Positions 12,831-26,755 of a DNA stretch of 64,000 nucleotides are shown here, piece by piece; positions within the stretch are counted from its first letter, which is position 1; every line of letters begins with the position of its first letter. Below the pieces are notes generated by a model. That model was not told the DNA's origin. It worked only from the letters and a program-made list of their open reading frames with translations, and searched no databases. The stretch comes from Eledone cirrhosa (taxonomy: Eukaryota). The position numbers and the translations under genes were made by a program. The stretch spans positions 43,710,001-43,774,000 of the forward strand of contig OZ024748.1 in the NCBI GenBank assembly GCA_964016885.1. Reading direction: 5' to 3'.

Positions 12831-13109
12831 TCTAGATTTGTACATTATTTATTGACCTTAAAAGGATGAAAGGCAAAGTTGACCTTGGCAGGATTTGAAC
12901 TCAGGTGGGGAGCAGTAAACTTGAAGAAACACCACAAAACATTCTATTGATGTTCTAACAACTTGTATTGACAATAAAATGGCTGTGAATTAAAGTGAAA
13001 AGAACATTTTCAACATCAAAATGAAAGGAAGAAGTGTTATCAAAGCCTTTAGGAAAGATTCCTTCTTTTTCTGTGACTCATTTCTTTGTTGGTCGGCAGC
13101 AATTGACAA

Positions 13110-13655
13110 TGTATATATAATTTGAGTATATTTTTGACCGGCCACCTTCCTGGTGGCAAGGTTGTAAAAGAAAAGAAATTGTCATCCTTCCCTTGAATCG
13201 CAAGAATGTTTTGCAAATTTTGAAGGTGCCAGCTATCGCAGCCATTTGTAGACTATGAATTAGGGAGCTGCGCTCTTTGTCTGCAAATCCAAGTTCGGTT
13301 ATACATTGGTCCAAGCGGCTTGGTATATAACCCGTAGCTCCAATAATGATGGGTATGAAGCTAAAGGTGTATCTTGGATACTGGATTTGTAAACTCCTCA
13401 TCAATGGTCCGTAGATGTCCTCCTTCTCCTGTATTTTTCTGACAACGTTTACCACAAGTGGGCAGCTGATCTCCACAACAGAGCACGTTTTCCATGTGTG
13501 GTCCCAAACAACAATATCAGGCCGGTTGTGCTTTAATTTGGTGGCAGTTTTTATTTTCAGGTTCCACCAGTATTCTTTAGTGCCATCTGTCTCAATATAT
13601 TCTTCCTCGTTTGTTTTTAATTTTGTTTTCTGAAGTGCGTTCCAGATGGTTCTAA
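13110..13655 (-). mobile_element. 3' fragment of the same second R4/Dong-like family
   Basis: Near-identical to 19931-20470; RLE motif VEISCP..KEDIY. Confidence 0.85.
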
Positions 13656-16600
13656 GTATGTTCTTCTGGTTTTATAATTTCACAAAGTTTTACCAATAGA
13701 GAGAGAGTCGGTTTCTAACATAGACACAAGACTCTCTCGTTGGAATTTACACATCAACTAGGTAGATATGTATGCATGCTCGTGTAGATATGGATGTTAT
13801 TGTATGTGTGGATGTGTATGTTTTGAGTTGTATGTGTGCATGTGTATATGCTTTGTATCTGTACATGTGTATATGCAGTTATTAGATGCAAAATTTTTGG
13901 AATGTTTTACATATTTTTACTGTTCCATTAATGGATTGTACTTGTAATTTCCTAACTAGTTGTGTTCTTTCTGTTCCTGTGAAGCCTAGCTTCTCAAGAT
14001 TTGTATTGAGGCAGTTACTAACATACCCCAGTGCCCCAGGCATAAATCTGAAGGTGTAATCAGGGTGGAGTATCTGCAGATTTCTCATCAGTTCTGCATA
14101 AATATTCTCCTTTTCACTAAACTTTGATATTATATTGGCATCTGCTGGGCAGCTAATTTCCACTACTGTGTATGCTTTCTTTTCCCTGTCCCATATCATA
14201 ATATCTGCCTGCATTTTATTGGGGTTTTTACTGGAACATTCCACCAGTACTCTTTCATAGTACCGCGATGACATCTTTGGACAGCTGCTGATGACATGGG
14301 TGATATCCTCGATGTTAGTTCTGCAGAGTCTGCACTTGTTATCACATCTAGGTGTTTTGCCTGCATCCCTATCTCTTTTGTGAATCAGGTATTTCGTGTT
14401 AATCTCCTGTTCTTGGATTGCAAAAGCATATCCTTCAAAGTGGGAGCCAATATAGCGGTTGTTGGTCCAAGATAGACTACTTTCCTTATCTATATTACTC
14501 TCACTCTGGAGCTTCCTGGCAACATATCCATGTATGATTTTTTGCTGATAAGCATGCAGTTTTTCATCCATGGATTCACTGCGAAACTGCTGAACGTCAT
14601 CCCTGGGTGTGAGTTTTTGATTATCACACAGGGAATATCTCTCGAGGAGTTCCTTCCCAACTCTCATGATCTTATCTGTTTCATGCAGATAGACTTGCTC
14701 GAGAAACGGGCTCCTACGCTTCGAGGTTCGTAGATGTTGTCGAAGAGATATGATGCGACATTCAAATGTTGTCTGGACTGATGTTAGGCCTCTGCCTCCC
14801 TGCTTACGTTTCAAGTAAAGGCGGTCTATGTCACTGTTGATGTGGAAGTTTCCGGTGTTGTTCAGTATTTTTCGAGTTCCAACATCAACTGCTCGGATTT
14901 CGTCTATCGTCCAATTGAGTATTACAAACGTTGGTGTTAGGACAGGTACAGCAAACATATTGTGAGCCACTGTTTTGTTTTGTGCAGAGAGTTCCGATGA
15001 CCAGATTTTTCTTAATCGGGTGTAGTATTCCCTGGTTACGCGTTCTTTATTACAGATACCATTATAGGATATGTTCTAATCTATCCCCAGATATCTGTAG
15101 CAGTCCTCATCAGATATCGGTGAAACATTTAGGCCATTGATGACAATGTTGCTAGATTGGGTTGTTGTTTTTCCCCGCTTTACAGTCATGTATGAGCATT
15201 TATCTTGGCCAAACTCCATTCCTATATCCTTTGAGAACGTTGTAACCGGGTCAAGATTTTTCTTCATCCCATCCATGTTCTTGGCATAGAGTTTCAGATC
15301 GTCCACAAAGAAATTATGGGTTAGGTTCGTATTTCTATCCTCGTGTGAGCCAATGATGTATCCCTCACATTTCTTGAGCAGAAAGGACAAGGGTTTAATG
15401 ACAAGATGAATAATATCACAGAGAGACTGTCCCCCTGAAATATTTTATTTTATCAGTGAAAATAGAGTCCCCCCTCTCTGTCTTTAACCTTAGGATAGTA
15501 GCCCAAGAAGAAGACAGCCTCTCTATGGCTCTGACAATAATGTCTGGGACTTTAGCAAGTTGGAGGGCCTCTATCATCCAAGAGTGGGGAACAGAATCGA
15601 AAGCATTCCTGTAGCCATATTCCTCCTAAGTTGTAGCACCTCCGACATCGCAGTTTTGTTGATTAGGAGTTGTTCAGCACATCCCCAAACCCCTTTCTTT
15701 CCAGCTGCTTGTTCATATGTTATGATGTTATTATTTTCACAGTGATCTTGGAGGAATAGGTTCAGGCAGGCTGTATACATCTTATACATCAAGTTCTGGC
15801 ATGCAATGGGTCGGTAGATTTTTGCCAAGTGGGTGTCTTTGTTCTTGGGGACCAGTAATGTTTGTGCTAATGTCAACCATTCTGGTATAAGTGTATCTCC
15901 CTTAAGAACTTGTTGGTAGAGGTCAGTAAGAATATCAGTTTTTTGTACCAGTAGCCGACAATCATGTCTCTTTCTGGTGTTTTCTTATCTTGGAGTTTTC
16001 CTATCACAGTCTCAAGAGTACCCTCACTTATTTCGTATGTTTTTGTTGTAGTGTAGGAGCAATAGTTCTTTCGGATTTCTCTTAGCCACACTGCATCTTG
16101 GTTGAAATTCTTCTTTTCACCCCATATTTTGCTCCAAAAGGAATCTATGTCTTTCTGGGACACTTATTATTTTGCCCTTCATATCTCTATAGACTGGTGT
16201 TTGGTTTCGTCTGAATCTTTTATTAAGCACCTTTCTCTCATCTACCTTCTTCAGGTATCGGCGTTTTTCGCTAACAGCTCTCAATTCTTGTTTGAGGGTG
16301 ATCAGCTTATATTGGAGAGTTCTGGTTCGACTGTTACCAAACATCGTCTCTATTTTATTTTTCACTCTTTGTTGGCGAGGAGTGAGGTTTTTTGTGTTTG
16401 TTTGCATGTAAGGAGCATTGTCACATATCCTTTGTTTTTTCGTAGGTCAGCAATCTTTTTTTCTATTTTAGTTATATATGATGGTATTTTTGGTGGTGTT
16501 CTGTTCTTGTTAATATCTCTGCTATCACCAAGATAATGCTTCAGTGTCGTTGCTAAGGCATATAAACAGGCGTTGATTTGCCGAAATGTTGGGGTTTTTA

Positions 16601-16932
16601 TCCGTCGTAAATATTCATCCCCTATTTTCGTCAATAACACGTAATATTTCATTATTTGGTTTTTTATTAAACATTGTCGTTTTAATACGTTCAGCAAGAG
16701 AGATATTTATACATGAATTAATTTCTCTCTGGAAGATTTCGTTGAGGGAAAATTTCAATTGTTTATACTTTTGATTATTATCATTATCGATAGTATTTTC
16801 CACAATAGTCGAGGTAGACTCGGATGGTACACGTGGTGTCAAATTTCTTCGATTATTATTATTATCAATAGTGTTTTCCCCAGCATTCGAGGTAGACTTA
16901 GATGGTACACGTGGTGTCAAATTTATTACAGG

Positions 16933-19218
16933 TATAACAGAATACTGGGTTGTATGAATATAACAGGAGACTCAATTGTGTGTATAAAGTTTAATTAACA
17001 AGTTGAAGTTATGTAGAATAGAATTGTTGACATGTCCATGGGTAGATGAAAGAATGAAGTAAAATTATTTGTTACCGTTTTGAAGTGAGCTCGCAAGAGA
17101 CCATGTTAGGGTTAGCAGAGAGTAGAGACTCGGCGAACGCGCCTGGCCGAAGGCCAGCAGCCGAAAGGGCAAATGAGAGTGAGATCGCCCTGAGCTATCC
17201 CTTTTATAGGGTCCCAGGACGGAAGTGACAAAAAGGGTTCTGCCACCCCAACGGGAAGTAACTCCAGCTACTTCCTATCTAGAGAGCGGTGATGTGATTG
17301 TCATAACAAGGGAGTCAACTCTTGCTTCATTACCTCCCGCCAGATTTTTTAAAATATAAAAATCGAATGAACCATGTATGGAGTAAAATGGCGAGCATAT
17401 GTAACACCAAAGTCCAGGCATGAAAATTACGAAAAAAATAATGTTTGCAATAAAAGGAAAACAGCAAATTATATGCATGCAAAAATCAATGATAGATATC
17501 AAGGTAGCCAATCGCTCTTGGCCAGAGAACGACTGTACATCCATCACCCAAAGATACAATGCAGTCAAACTAAAAGAAGAGGTCAAAGTTCAAATGTTCA
17601 AAATACAGTTCACCGGTGTGCAATCAGATGACAGCAGGAAAGAAAGTGTGTCCTCCTGAGAATGTATGCAGGTGGTCTCTAGACTGTGGTACAACGTGAA
17701 ATTTGGTGGGATTTTCTCACAGGAAGAGTGCTGCAAAAATAAATTCTCTGGTTTGTTCTGCTGGTTTTGATTGTTGATGAAGCTGTGTTGTTGTTGATGT
17801 TGTTGTCTCGCGGAGTGAGAGTATTCGGTGTTGTTTTTCCCAGAAAAAAATTAGTTGCGCAAAGTGATAGAAATAACAGCCAAAGTTGATGGTCGATGTC
17901 GAGAATGCGTTGTCCTGGAAGGGTCAAGAGGCCAGCGACCAAAGAAATAAGCATTCTGAATAAATGCGCAGTTTTCAACGGCAAATTTACGTGGTAAATT
18001 TTTAAACCGGCAAATAGGAGAATATAGCTTACGGCTGGAGAAACCTTGGCAAGAAACATTATCTATGGCGTGTGTTATCTCGGTGAGTCGAGATGTGTGC
18101 TGCCCACACGTGCCGAAACAAGGTTAAAGTCAAGTTGAAAAAAAAATATTTCTATTGCGCGAGAAAATGATAGTGCAACAGGTCGTTGGCAGCCATTGAA
18201 AAATGTGTGTGTGAACGTGATAATATGATGAAAAAGAAAGAAAGGCTTCACTTGGTATAACAAATATGGCGAGTTCAATTTTTTTTGTGAACGATGAAAA
18301 AAGCTTGGTGGAAAGAATAAGCAATAGTTGAGATTCAGCAAAAATAAATGTTCATGTTGAAATGTGTAAAAAAAAAAATAAAATTTCTTTCTTTTTTTTA
18401 GTGTTCGTTGTAAGAAGAAACGAAAAACATATATATATACATCCAGTGAAATGCGACACATAGTTGATGTGCGACACGTGCGTGAAAGGCAACATTTTCT
18501 GTTTATTTTGCTTGCTGAGAAAAAATTTCTTTTTTGATGTGTTCGTTATAAGACAGTGTATGCGGAGAGAAATCCTTGTCTAAGGAGATCGGAGGGATTT
18601 CTTAGTCCGAAAAAAAATATCACGTTAGGTGAGAGAAAAAAAGTCTGTCTGAACGAGAATTTCACATGTGCGTGTGTTCGTTTCTGTATCTGCGTATTTT
18701 TCCTAGTTTGTTAATAAAGTTCGAAATGTTGGTCCACACATTCCAACGAAAATGGGGTACTGCTAATTAATTTTCTTTTTTCCATACCCACATAACACCA
18801 GATCCTATTAATTTTTTATTTTTTCGGGGTCACCATTTATAACAGAATGCTGGGTTGTATGAATATAACAAGACACTAGGTTGTGTGTTTAAGGTTTAAT
18901 TAACAATTTGAAGTTATGCAGAATAGAATTTGACATGTCCATGGGTAGATGAAAGAATGAAGTAAAGTTATTTGTTACCGTTTTGAAGTGAGCTCGCAAG
19001 AGACCATGTTAGGGTTACCAGAGAGTAGAGACTCGGCGAACGTGCCTGGCCGAAAGGGCAAATGAGAGTGAGATCGCCCTGAGCTATCCCTTTTATAGGG
19101 TCCCAGGACGGAAGTGACAAAAAGGGTTCTGCCACCCCAACGGGAAGTAACTCCAGCTACTTCCTGTCTAGAGAGCGGTGATGTGATTGTCATAACAAGG
19201 GAGGCAACTCTTGCTACA
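16933..19218 (-). mobile_element. Non-autonomous LTR retrotransposon (Gypsy-like) with two LTRs, PBS and PPT
   Basis: Direct repeats 16933-17329 and 18838-19218; PBS TGGTGACCCCGA just inside the 5' LTR; purine tract GGCGGGAGGTAA before the 3' LTR; flanks CAGG/CATG (4-bp TSD, 1 mismatch); no gag/pol recognisable. Confidence 0.88.
18824..18835 (-). promoter_or_regulatory. Primer-binding site complementary to tRNA-Trp 3' end
   Basis: TGGTGACCCCGA, 2 nt after the LTR end; same start as the avian retroviral tRNA-Trp PBS TGGTGACCCCGACGTGAT. Confidence 0.8.
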
Positions 19219-19854
19219 CATGCATAGTTGTTTCAAGGCACTGTTCGACCTGGCTGCTAGGAAGTCTAGTAGCATGGCGACCTGTTGCACGTGTTGTTGA
19301 TAACATATTTGTTGTGGGGGACTTACAATTAATAATATTTATCTTATTTTTACGTTCAACAAACGTCGCTTGTTGGCGTAATTATTTCGCTGTGAAATAA
19401 TTAAGCTCTAGGTGCATTTCGTCCCAGTGTAGCTTCATTCTGTTCATATAACCAATGGAGGGATTGTTTTTTGCCATTTTATAACAATTAAATAAATCAT
19501 TATTAAGTTCGCAACTCCAAGAGAAATGCGATTTATAATTTCGGTTTCTTCTGTAGCTACAACTGAAGAAAGTTTGTTTACCTTCCTTGTTATTTGTCTT
19601 CGGTACTTCCTTAATTTTGTTGTTGATGTTGTGTTCAGTCATGCTGTTTGTAGGAAATCCTTGTAAAATGAATTATGTATTTAGTCGGATATCTTTACGA
19701 ATTCGAATAAAAGATGTCTTCAGAAGATATAGTTAGAAGAATAACCAGTTACTCAACATGACTGTAGTTGTGGCATTACTGTCGGAGATAGTATTCATCT
19801 TAAATTTAATAAATAGTCTCCCACGCAAAAATATGCGACTGATCGCGTTGACTG

Positions 19855-19886
<32 letters not shown>

Positions 19887-19930
19887 CGTACATATGTATG
19901 TATGTGTGTATGTATGTTATCTCTTTCTCT

Positions 19931-20785
19931 TAATTTCGAGTATATTTTTTTGACTGGCCACCTTCCTGGTGGCAAGGTTGTAAAAGAAAAGAAATTGTCA
20001 TCCTTCCCTTGAATCGCAAGAATGTTTTGCAAATTTTGAAGGTGCCAGCTATCGCAGCCATTTGTAGACTATGTATTAGGGAGCTGCACTCTTTGTCCGC
20101 AAATCCAAGTTCAGACATACTTTGGTCCAAGCGGCTTGGTATATAACCCGTAGCTCCAATAATGATGGGTATGAAGCTAAAGGTGTATCTTGGATACTGG
20201 ATTTGTAAACTCCTCATCAATGGTCCGTAGATGTCCTCCTTCTCCTGTATTTTTCTGACAACGTTTACATCAAGTGGGCAGCTGATCTCCACAACAGAAC
20301 ACGTTTCCAATGTGTGGTCCCAAACTACAATATCAGGCCGGTTGTGCTTTAATTTGGTGGCAGTTTTTATTTTCAGGTTCCACCAGTATTCCTTAGTACC
20401 ATCTGTCTCAATATATTCTCCCGCGTTTGTTGTTAATTTCGTTTTCCGAAGTGCGTTCCAGATGGTTCTAGTTATCCCATCGTGTCTCATGGGGAGGTAG
20501 TAGCGAGATGACATTCTTTCGCAGCTGGCAACAATGTGGCTTACATCCTCGATCTTTGTTTTACATAGACTACATTGTAGTCAGCTGATGGCCCTCCCCT
20601 TTTGTGCAGCAGATAATTGGTAGGGAGTTCTTGTTCCTGTATTGCATAGAGATATCCCTCAACGTGTGATGTCATAAACTAGTCGGAACTCCATGCCAGG
20701 CTTTTTGAGTGGTTTATCCCCTCTATGGTCTGTGTTTTACGTCTCAAGTATCCATGCACAACTTTTTCTGTAAATTGGTCAATTT
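19931..20785 (-). mobile_element. 3' fragment of a second R4/Dong-like family (CCHC + RLE)
   Basis: ORF 19930-20514 with NRPDIVVWD..VEISCP..KEDIY; near-identical to 13110-13655. Confidence 0.85.
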
Positions 20786-20819
20786 TTTTAATGTATGTAT
20801 GTGTGTATGTATGTATGTA

Positions 20820-23250
20820 TTGGTTGCCCTGATAAGTTCCTTGCTTTAGTTATGTCTTTCCATGACGACATGAAGGCTTGGGTTAATGTCGGAGGTAACA
20901 TGTCGGAGCCTATCTCAGTAAAAAATGGAGTGAAACAGGGGGATATTCCAGCACCGACCTGGTTTGCCATATACTTTGCAATGGTTTTCTGTATTGCATT
21001 CAGGAATTGCGAGCATGGTGTTTACATCCGATATCGAACCCCAGGCAGCATATTTAACATCAGGCGCTTTGCTGCAAGGACAAAAGTATTTACATCAATC
21101 ATAAGAGACCTCTTGTATGCAGATGATTGCGATCATGTAGTGCACACAGAGAGTGATATGCAGCACATTTTGAATGCATTTTCTGACGCTTGCACTGCCC
21201 TAGGATTGACTGTCAGTCTCAAGAAAACCGTCGTCATGTACCAACCTGCCCCTGGTAAGCAGTACACTGAACCAAATATCTATGTGTATGGTAAACGACT
21301 TGGAGTGGTTGATCAGTGTCTACCTGGGAAGCACTGTCAATCGATACAGCAACCTTGATAGTGAAATCTCACTTAGGATTAGGAAAGCAAGTGATGCTTT
21401 CAGAAAGCTAGAAAGGCGACTCTGGGGTCGGCGAGACATATGCAAGAGGACAAAGATAAAGGTGTACAAGGCATGTGTGCTCTCTTGTCTTCTTTATGCC
21501 TGCGAGACCTGGGTCACATATCGACACCACCTTAAGCAATTGGATCGTTTCCATCAGATGTGTCTCAGACGGATCCATGGCGTTCACTGGAGGGACCACA
21601 TCAGTGATGTCGAGATTTTGGAAAGCTCTATGTGTGACAGTATAGAAGCTCTTGTGCTTAAGCAACAACTCCGTTGGAGCGGTCACCTTGCCAGGATGAA
21701 GGATTCTAGAATACCAAAACAACTCTTTTATGGAGAGTTAGTTAAAGGAAAACGACCGCCACATAAACCAAAAAAGAGGTATAAGGATTCCTTGAAAGCC
21801 TCTTTGAAAGACGCTAACATCTCTGCTGATACATGGGAAAATATTGCTGCTGATCGTAATAAATGGAGAAAGACTGTATATGAGGGAAAAGTTGCCTTTG
21901 AGGCATCTCGAATCGCATACGAGAAAGTAAAGCGGGATGTGAGGAAGGGCATTGCTGTTGCACTTCCAGATGGCGAGGGTCCTCCTATGGTGCTGACATG
22001 CAGCGTCTGTGCGTGACTCTGCCTAAGCAAAGCTGGACTCGAAAGTCATCTTCGCAGTCATAAAGTAAGACCAGTGGTTGACTACCAGGCTGCTGTTGGA
22101 GATGCTACTCATCATGCTTGCCAAGCATGTGGTAGAGCAAAGGTTCTCAACGGAGGGCATATGCACCCCCGGGGGGCGTTTAGGAGCAAGGTCGCGTTAG
22201 GGGGGCGTTTGGAGCTGGGGAAGGGAGGTTAGGGGGCGCTGGAAGGCTCTTTATTTTGGTAAGTTTTATAAGCCATATTTGTATGTCTTTGAGACAGCCA
22301 GTGTGAATGCATTTGAATGAGCTTGCAAACAGCATAACTATAGTCTGACCGCAGCTGTGAGCAGGTGTGCAGGCATGTCTGGTAATTGAGACGTTAACTG
22401 GTAATTGAGATCCTAAAAATGGAAAAACCCACAGTCAACTAGGTCAAAGACACTTTGAGCGCAACCAAGTCAGAATCTTATCTTTCCTTCACCGATAACA
22501 ATGTATTTCATGTCTGAAATTATTGACTCAACCGTAACGAGTTAACACTATGTAGATCTATTTTATTCCCTATTGTATAAATAATATTACAAATAAAAAA
22601 AAAAGAAAAGAAAAAACAGAAGCGAGTGGCACACACATCTAGGACCACATACAACACATAATCAGATAATACACACATCTTTGGAATATTGTTAATCAAT
22701 TTTTTAGTAATCTACTGATATAAAAAGCAGTAGTATATTGAAAAATGGAAAAATGTGTGTATGGGGGGGGGGGGCGTTTCGTGATTTCGAGGGACAAAAG
22801 GGGGCGTTTGGCCTAAATGGGTTGAGAACCTGTGAGAGAATGTAAATCAGCAGGAGGGCTCAAGCGACATGCAAAAGTACACGAACTCCAACCACAGCCG
22901 ACTATTCCCAGTGAATGTTTTGGTTGCCGACTCTGTGCAAGACATTTTAGATCATTGGCTGGGCTAAAAAGCCACATTCGATCGCAGCGCTGTTAGTTGC
23001 TATCGTGTGTGTGTGTGTATAGATATGTTTATGTGTGTGCGTGTGTGTGTATATATATATGTATATGTATATTATTATTGTTGTTGTTGTTGTCGTTATT
23101 ATTATTATTGTTATTAATATATATGTATGTATGTGTATGTATATGTATGTGTATATATGTATGTATGTATGTATATGTATGTATATGTATATATATTTTT
23201 TTTTTCTCGTGCAATGGCCATACTCGATAACGAGGGGGTAGCCATCATCA
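20820..23250 (+). mobile_element. 5'-truncated RTE-clade LINE with C-terminal C2H2 fingers
   Basis: GVKQGD, LLYADD, YLGS, LRWSGHLARM..RIPKQLFYGEL..KRYKD; downstream CSVC..GLESHLRSH, CQACG..GLKRH; 3' stem-loop and (TGTA)n tail at about 23214-23260. Confidence 0.88.
22138..22834. mobile_element. hAT-like MITE nested in the RTE
   Basis: TIRs CAAAGGTTCTCAAC / GTTGAGAACCTGTG; interrupts the CGRECK zinc-finger codons of the RTE; only AGAG of the TSD is evident. Confidence 0.75.
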
Positions 23251-23375
23251 TGTATGTATGTATGTACGTACATACATATGTATGTACGTACATATGTATG
23301 TGTGTATGTATGTATGTACATACATATGTATGTACATACATATGTATGTATGTATGTACATATGTACATATGTGT

Positions 23376-23983
23376 GTCAGGTCACCAGTTGGTGCTACTG
23401 GTAATATGTATCCAAGTACAACCTGTCTCATGGTCGGGTCGTTGGCGACTAAACTGGCAACCCCACCAAGGTTTCTTGGTGAGGAGGGTGACTTTGGACA
23501 TCCTGCAGGACTAAAAACAAAACCTGTCAAAGGGCAAAGGAGCTCTTAAGAGTCAATGGCCATCCAAAATCACCGGGAGAGATGACCCCTTAGCCTTTGT
23601 CAAGGCAGAATTCTAGGAGAAGGAAAACTCTGATATAACACCTGCAACCCTGATGTTATCCAATGATGCTGACTTGTTCTTCTTTTTGGTAAATATCATC
23701 TTGGTTAAGAGAGTGAAACTGGCTTTGTGCAGTTCTTTGCTCACTATAAAAGCTTCACGGCACAGGCATTGCTTTATATCTGGAGATCTCTCTGCACTTG
23801 TCGTCACATGGTACCATGGGCCCAGCACTATGTGTCAATAATTGTCACAAGTGTAGTGTTTGTACCAGAGTTTTCAAGTCGCTGGCTGGACTAAAAAGTC
23901 ACACTCGTTCAGCGCATCGGTAGAGGTTCTTCTACATGGATATAAAGTAGTGGCCGTACTCGAAAACGAGTCGGCAGCCACCA
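23376..23983 (+). mobile_element. Short RTE-derived non-autonomous element, copy 3
   Basis: Reverse complement of 3245-3845; flanked by (TGTA)n-type repeats. Confidence 0.75.
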
Positions 23984-24244
23984 TGTACGTATGTATGTAT
24001 ATATACAGGTCAGTTTGAAAAAGAAAAAAATGTGTCAGTTCCGTTCTCTTTCATGATATTGTTTCCCATTTTATATAACTAAAGTGAAACCTCCTCAAAA
24101 TTGTGAGGAGGCAGGTTCTTACCTGACATCAGAAGTTTCTCATACTTTAACCATCCCTAGAAAAAATATTTCCACTGGAATAGATTAGGGTAAATGTTTG
24201 CAATTATACTTCAGCAGGGAAATCATGCCCTCCCTATTATTTTT

Positions 24245-25522
24245 TATTTACATTACTCTATATATACTATTTATACATTTACTTTATATATACATTTACT
24301 CTATATATACATTTACATTACTCTATATATACTATTGTATTTTCACAGTAAAGGCTTTACCTCACATAATATCTCACATAACGTTTACATTACTCTATAT
24401 ATACTATTGTATTTTCACAGTAAAGGTTTTACCTCACATAATATCTCACATAACATTTACATTACTCGATATATACTATTGTATTTTCACAGTAAAGGCT
24501 TTACCTCACATAATATCTCACATAACATTTACATTACTCTATATATACTATTGTATTTTCACAGTAAAGGCTTTACCTCACATACTATCTCATATAACAT
24601 TTTTATTACTCTATATATACTATTGTATTTTCACAGTAAAGGCTTTACCTCACATAATATCTCACATAACATTTACATTACTCTATATATACTATTGTAT
24701 TTTCACAGTAAAGGCTTTACCTCACATACTATCTCACATAACATTTACATTACTCTATATATACTATTGTATTTTCACAGTAAAGGCTTTACCTCACATA
24801 CTATCTCATATAACATTTTTATTACTCTATATATATACTATTGTATTTTCACAGTAAAGGCTTTACCTCACATAATATCTCACATAACATTTATATTACT
24901 CTATATTTACTATTGTATTTTCATGGTAAAAGCTTTACCTCATATAATATCTCACATAACATTTACATTACTCTATACTTACTATTGTATTTTCACGGTA
25001 AAGGCTTTACCTCACATATCTCACATAATATTTATATTACTCTATATTTACTATTGTATTTTCATGGTAAAGGCTTTACCTCACATAATATCTCACATAA
25101 CATTTACATTACTCTATATATACTATTGTATTTTCATGGTAAAGGCTTTACCTCACATAATATCTCACATAACATTTACATTACTCTATATATACTATTG
25201 TATTTTTACAGTAAAGTCTTTACCTCACATAATATCTCACATAACATTTACATTACTTTATATTTACTATTGTTTTTCACGGTAAAGGCTTTACCTCACA
25301 TATCTCATATAACATTTACATTACTCTATATATACTATTGTATTTTCACAGTAAAGGCTTTACCTGACATAATTATCTCCCATAATATTGAATCTATAAG
25401 ATTTTGATATTCATTTTGAGAACAATACCTTAACATCAGTATGAGTAGACAGTTACAGCCAGTTTGAGTAGAAAGAGGTGAGAGAATTCTAGTCGGATAC
25501 GGCCAGTTTAAATGCTAAAAGG
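24245..25522. repeat. 72-bp tandem array (about 15 units) inside a piggyBac-type MITE
   Basis: Unit ATTTACATTACTCTATATATACTATTGTATTTTCACAGTAAAGGCTTTACCTCACATAATATCTCACATAAC; ends in the MITE right TIR + TTAA. Confidence 0.9.
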
Positions 25523-26755
25523 TTAAATGAATATGGCTCTCCCTGGTTAATTAAAAAAATGAATAATTTCCTATGGTTTTGAAGGCCATATTATAATAAT
25601 AACATTAATAATAATGAAATTATTGTGTACAGTGCTCAGGTGCACTACAACTCATCAAAGGTACATGAATAGTACATAGAATAATGTACAAATGTCAGGA
25701 AAATGAACAGTGTATGTGTGTGTGTATGGAGGGGGGACATTAGGTGTAGTGTTAGCAAATTTCAGGAAAAACATAAATTTTACCTCCAAAGTGAAACAGA
25801 AGTAACTGGAAAAGTTTCCCTGGATAAGTTTAATGATAAATAACTATTTTTCCCCAGTAACATTAAATATAACAACAAGTCTAAAGTCTGCCTCAAACCG
25901 TGAAGCTCATCAGGCTGATCCTTCATGACATGAAGTGACTGAGAGTACAAAACTCCCCACTGGACAGGATGATGGTCTATCCTAGGGTTAAACCTCCAGC
26001 TATTACTGGTACTCATTTTCAGCTAACTATACTGGAGCAACATGAAATGAAATGTTTTGCTCAAGAACACAACACACAACCCAGGAATCGACCCCTGACA
26101 TTATGATTCAGGTCCAACACCCTTACCACCTCCACAAATAAAATAACTAGGCAAAAAATATTCAATTATGTCATTATTTATTTAATTAAATTATAAAATG
26201 TTTGCAATAAAATAATAACAATAAAATTAAATAATGAAAGTAAGGGAGAGGGAGGGGTAGACTGTACCCCCCCCCCCCAGTCTAGGTGGTATATCTCTGC
26301 TGTGAGGGGTAGACTGTGCCCCCCAGTCTAGGTAGCTAAACCTCGTAGACCTCACAGCTAGACCTCGCAGACAAAAAGATGAAAGCATTGCTGTGGAAAA
26401 CAGCCAGCAACACACACTGCATCAGCCAATCCACCTTCACCCTTTACCATTTACATTACTCTATATATATACTATTGTATTTTTGTGGTAAAGGTTTTAT
26501 CTCACATAATTATCTCACATGATGTTGAATCTGAGATTTTGATGTTATTTATTTTAAGAACAATACTTTAATATCAGTATGAGTAGCCTGTTACAGCCAG
26601 TTTGAACGGAAACAGGTGAGAGAATTCTGGCCGGATATGGCCAATTTAAATGCTGAAGGGTTAAAGAACTTCTTTCTGAGACAGGAATGTACTCCTACAT
26701 ATATTGCACTCATACATATATTGTAATCCTACATATAAACAGTAGTTTACAGGAG

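Larger units (their letters stand above)
13660..19800 (-). mobile_element. Decayed R4/Dong-like RLE non-LTR retrotransposon, interrupted by an LTR element
   Basis: Fragmented ORFs 19382-19642, 16615-16920, 15574-16697, 15076-15390, 13882-14970 with YRPIAC, FVDDLKLY, YRYLG, GGRGL, CRLC..EDITHVISSC and ADIMIWD..VEISCP..KENIY (CCHC + restriction-like endonuclease); 5' boundary approximate. Confidence 0.85.

Noticed and set aside
24194-25407. 363-aa and overlapping repetitive hydrophobic ORFs
   Set aside because: Artefacts of the 72-bp MITE-internal tandem array
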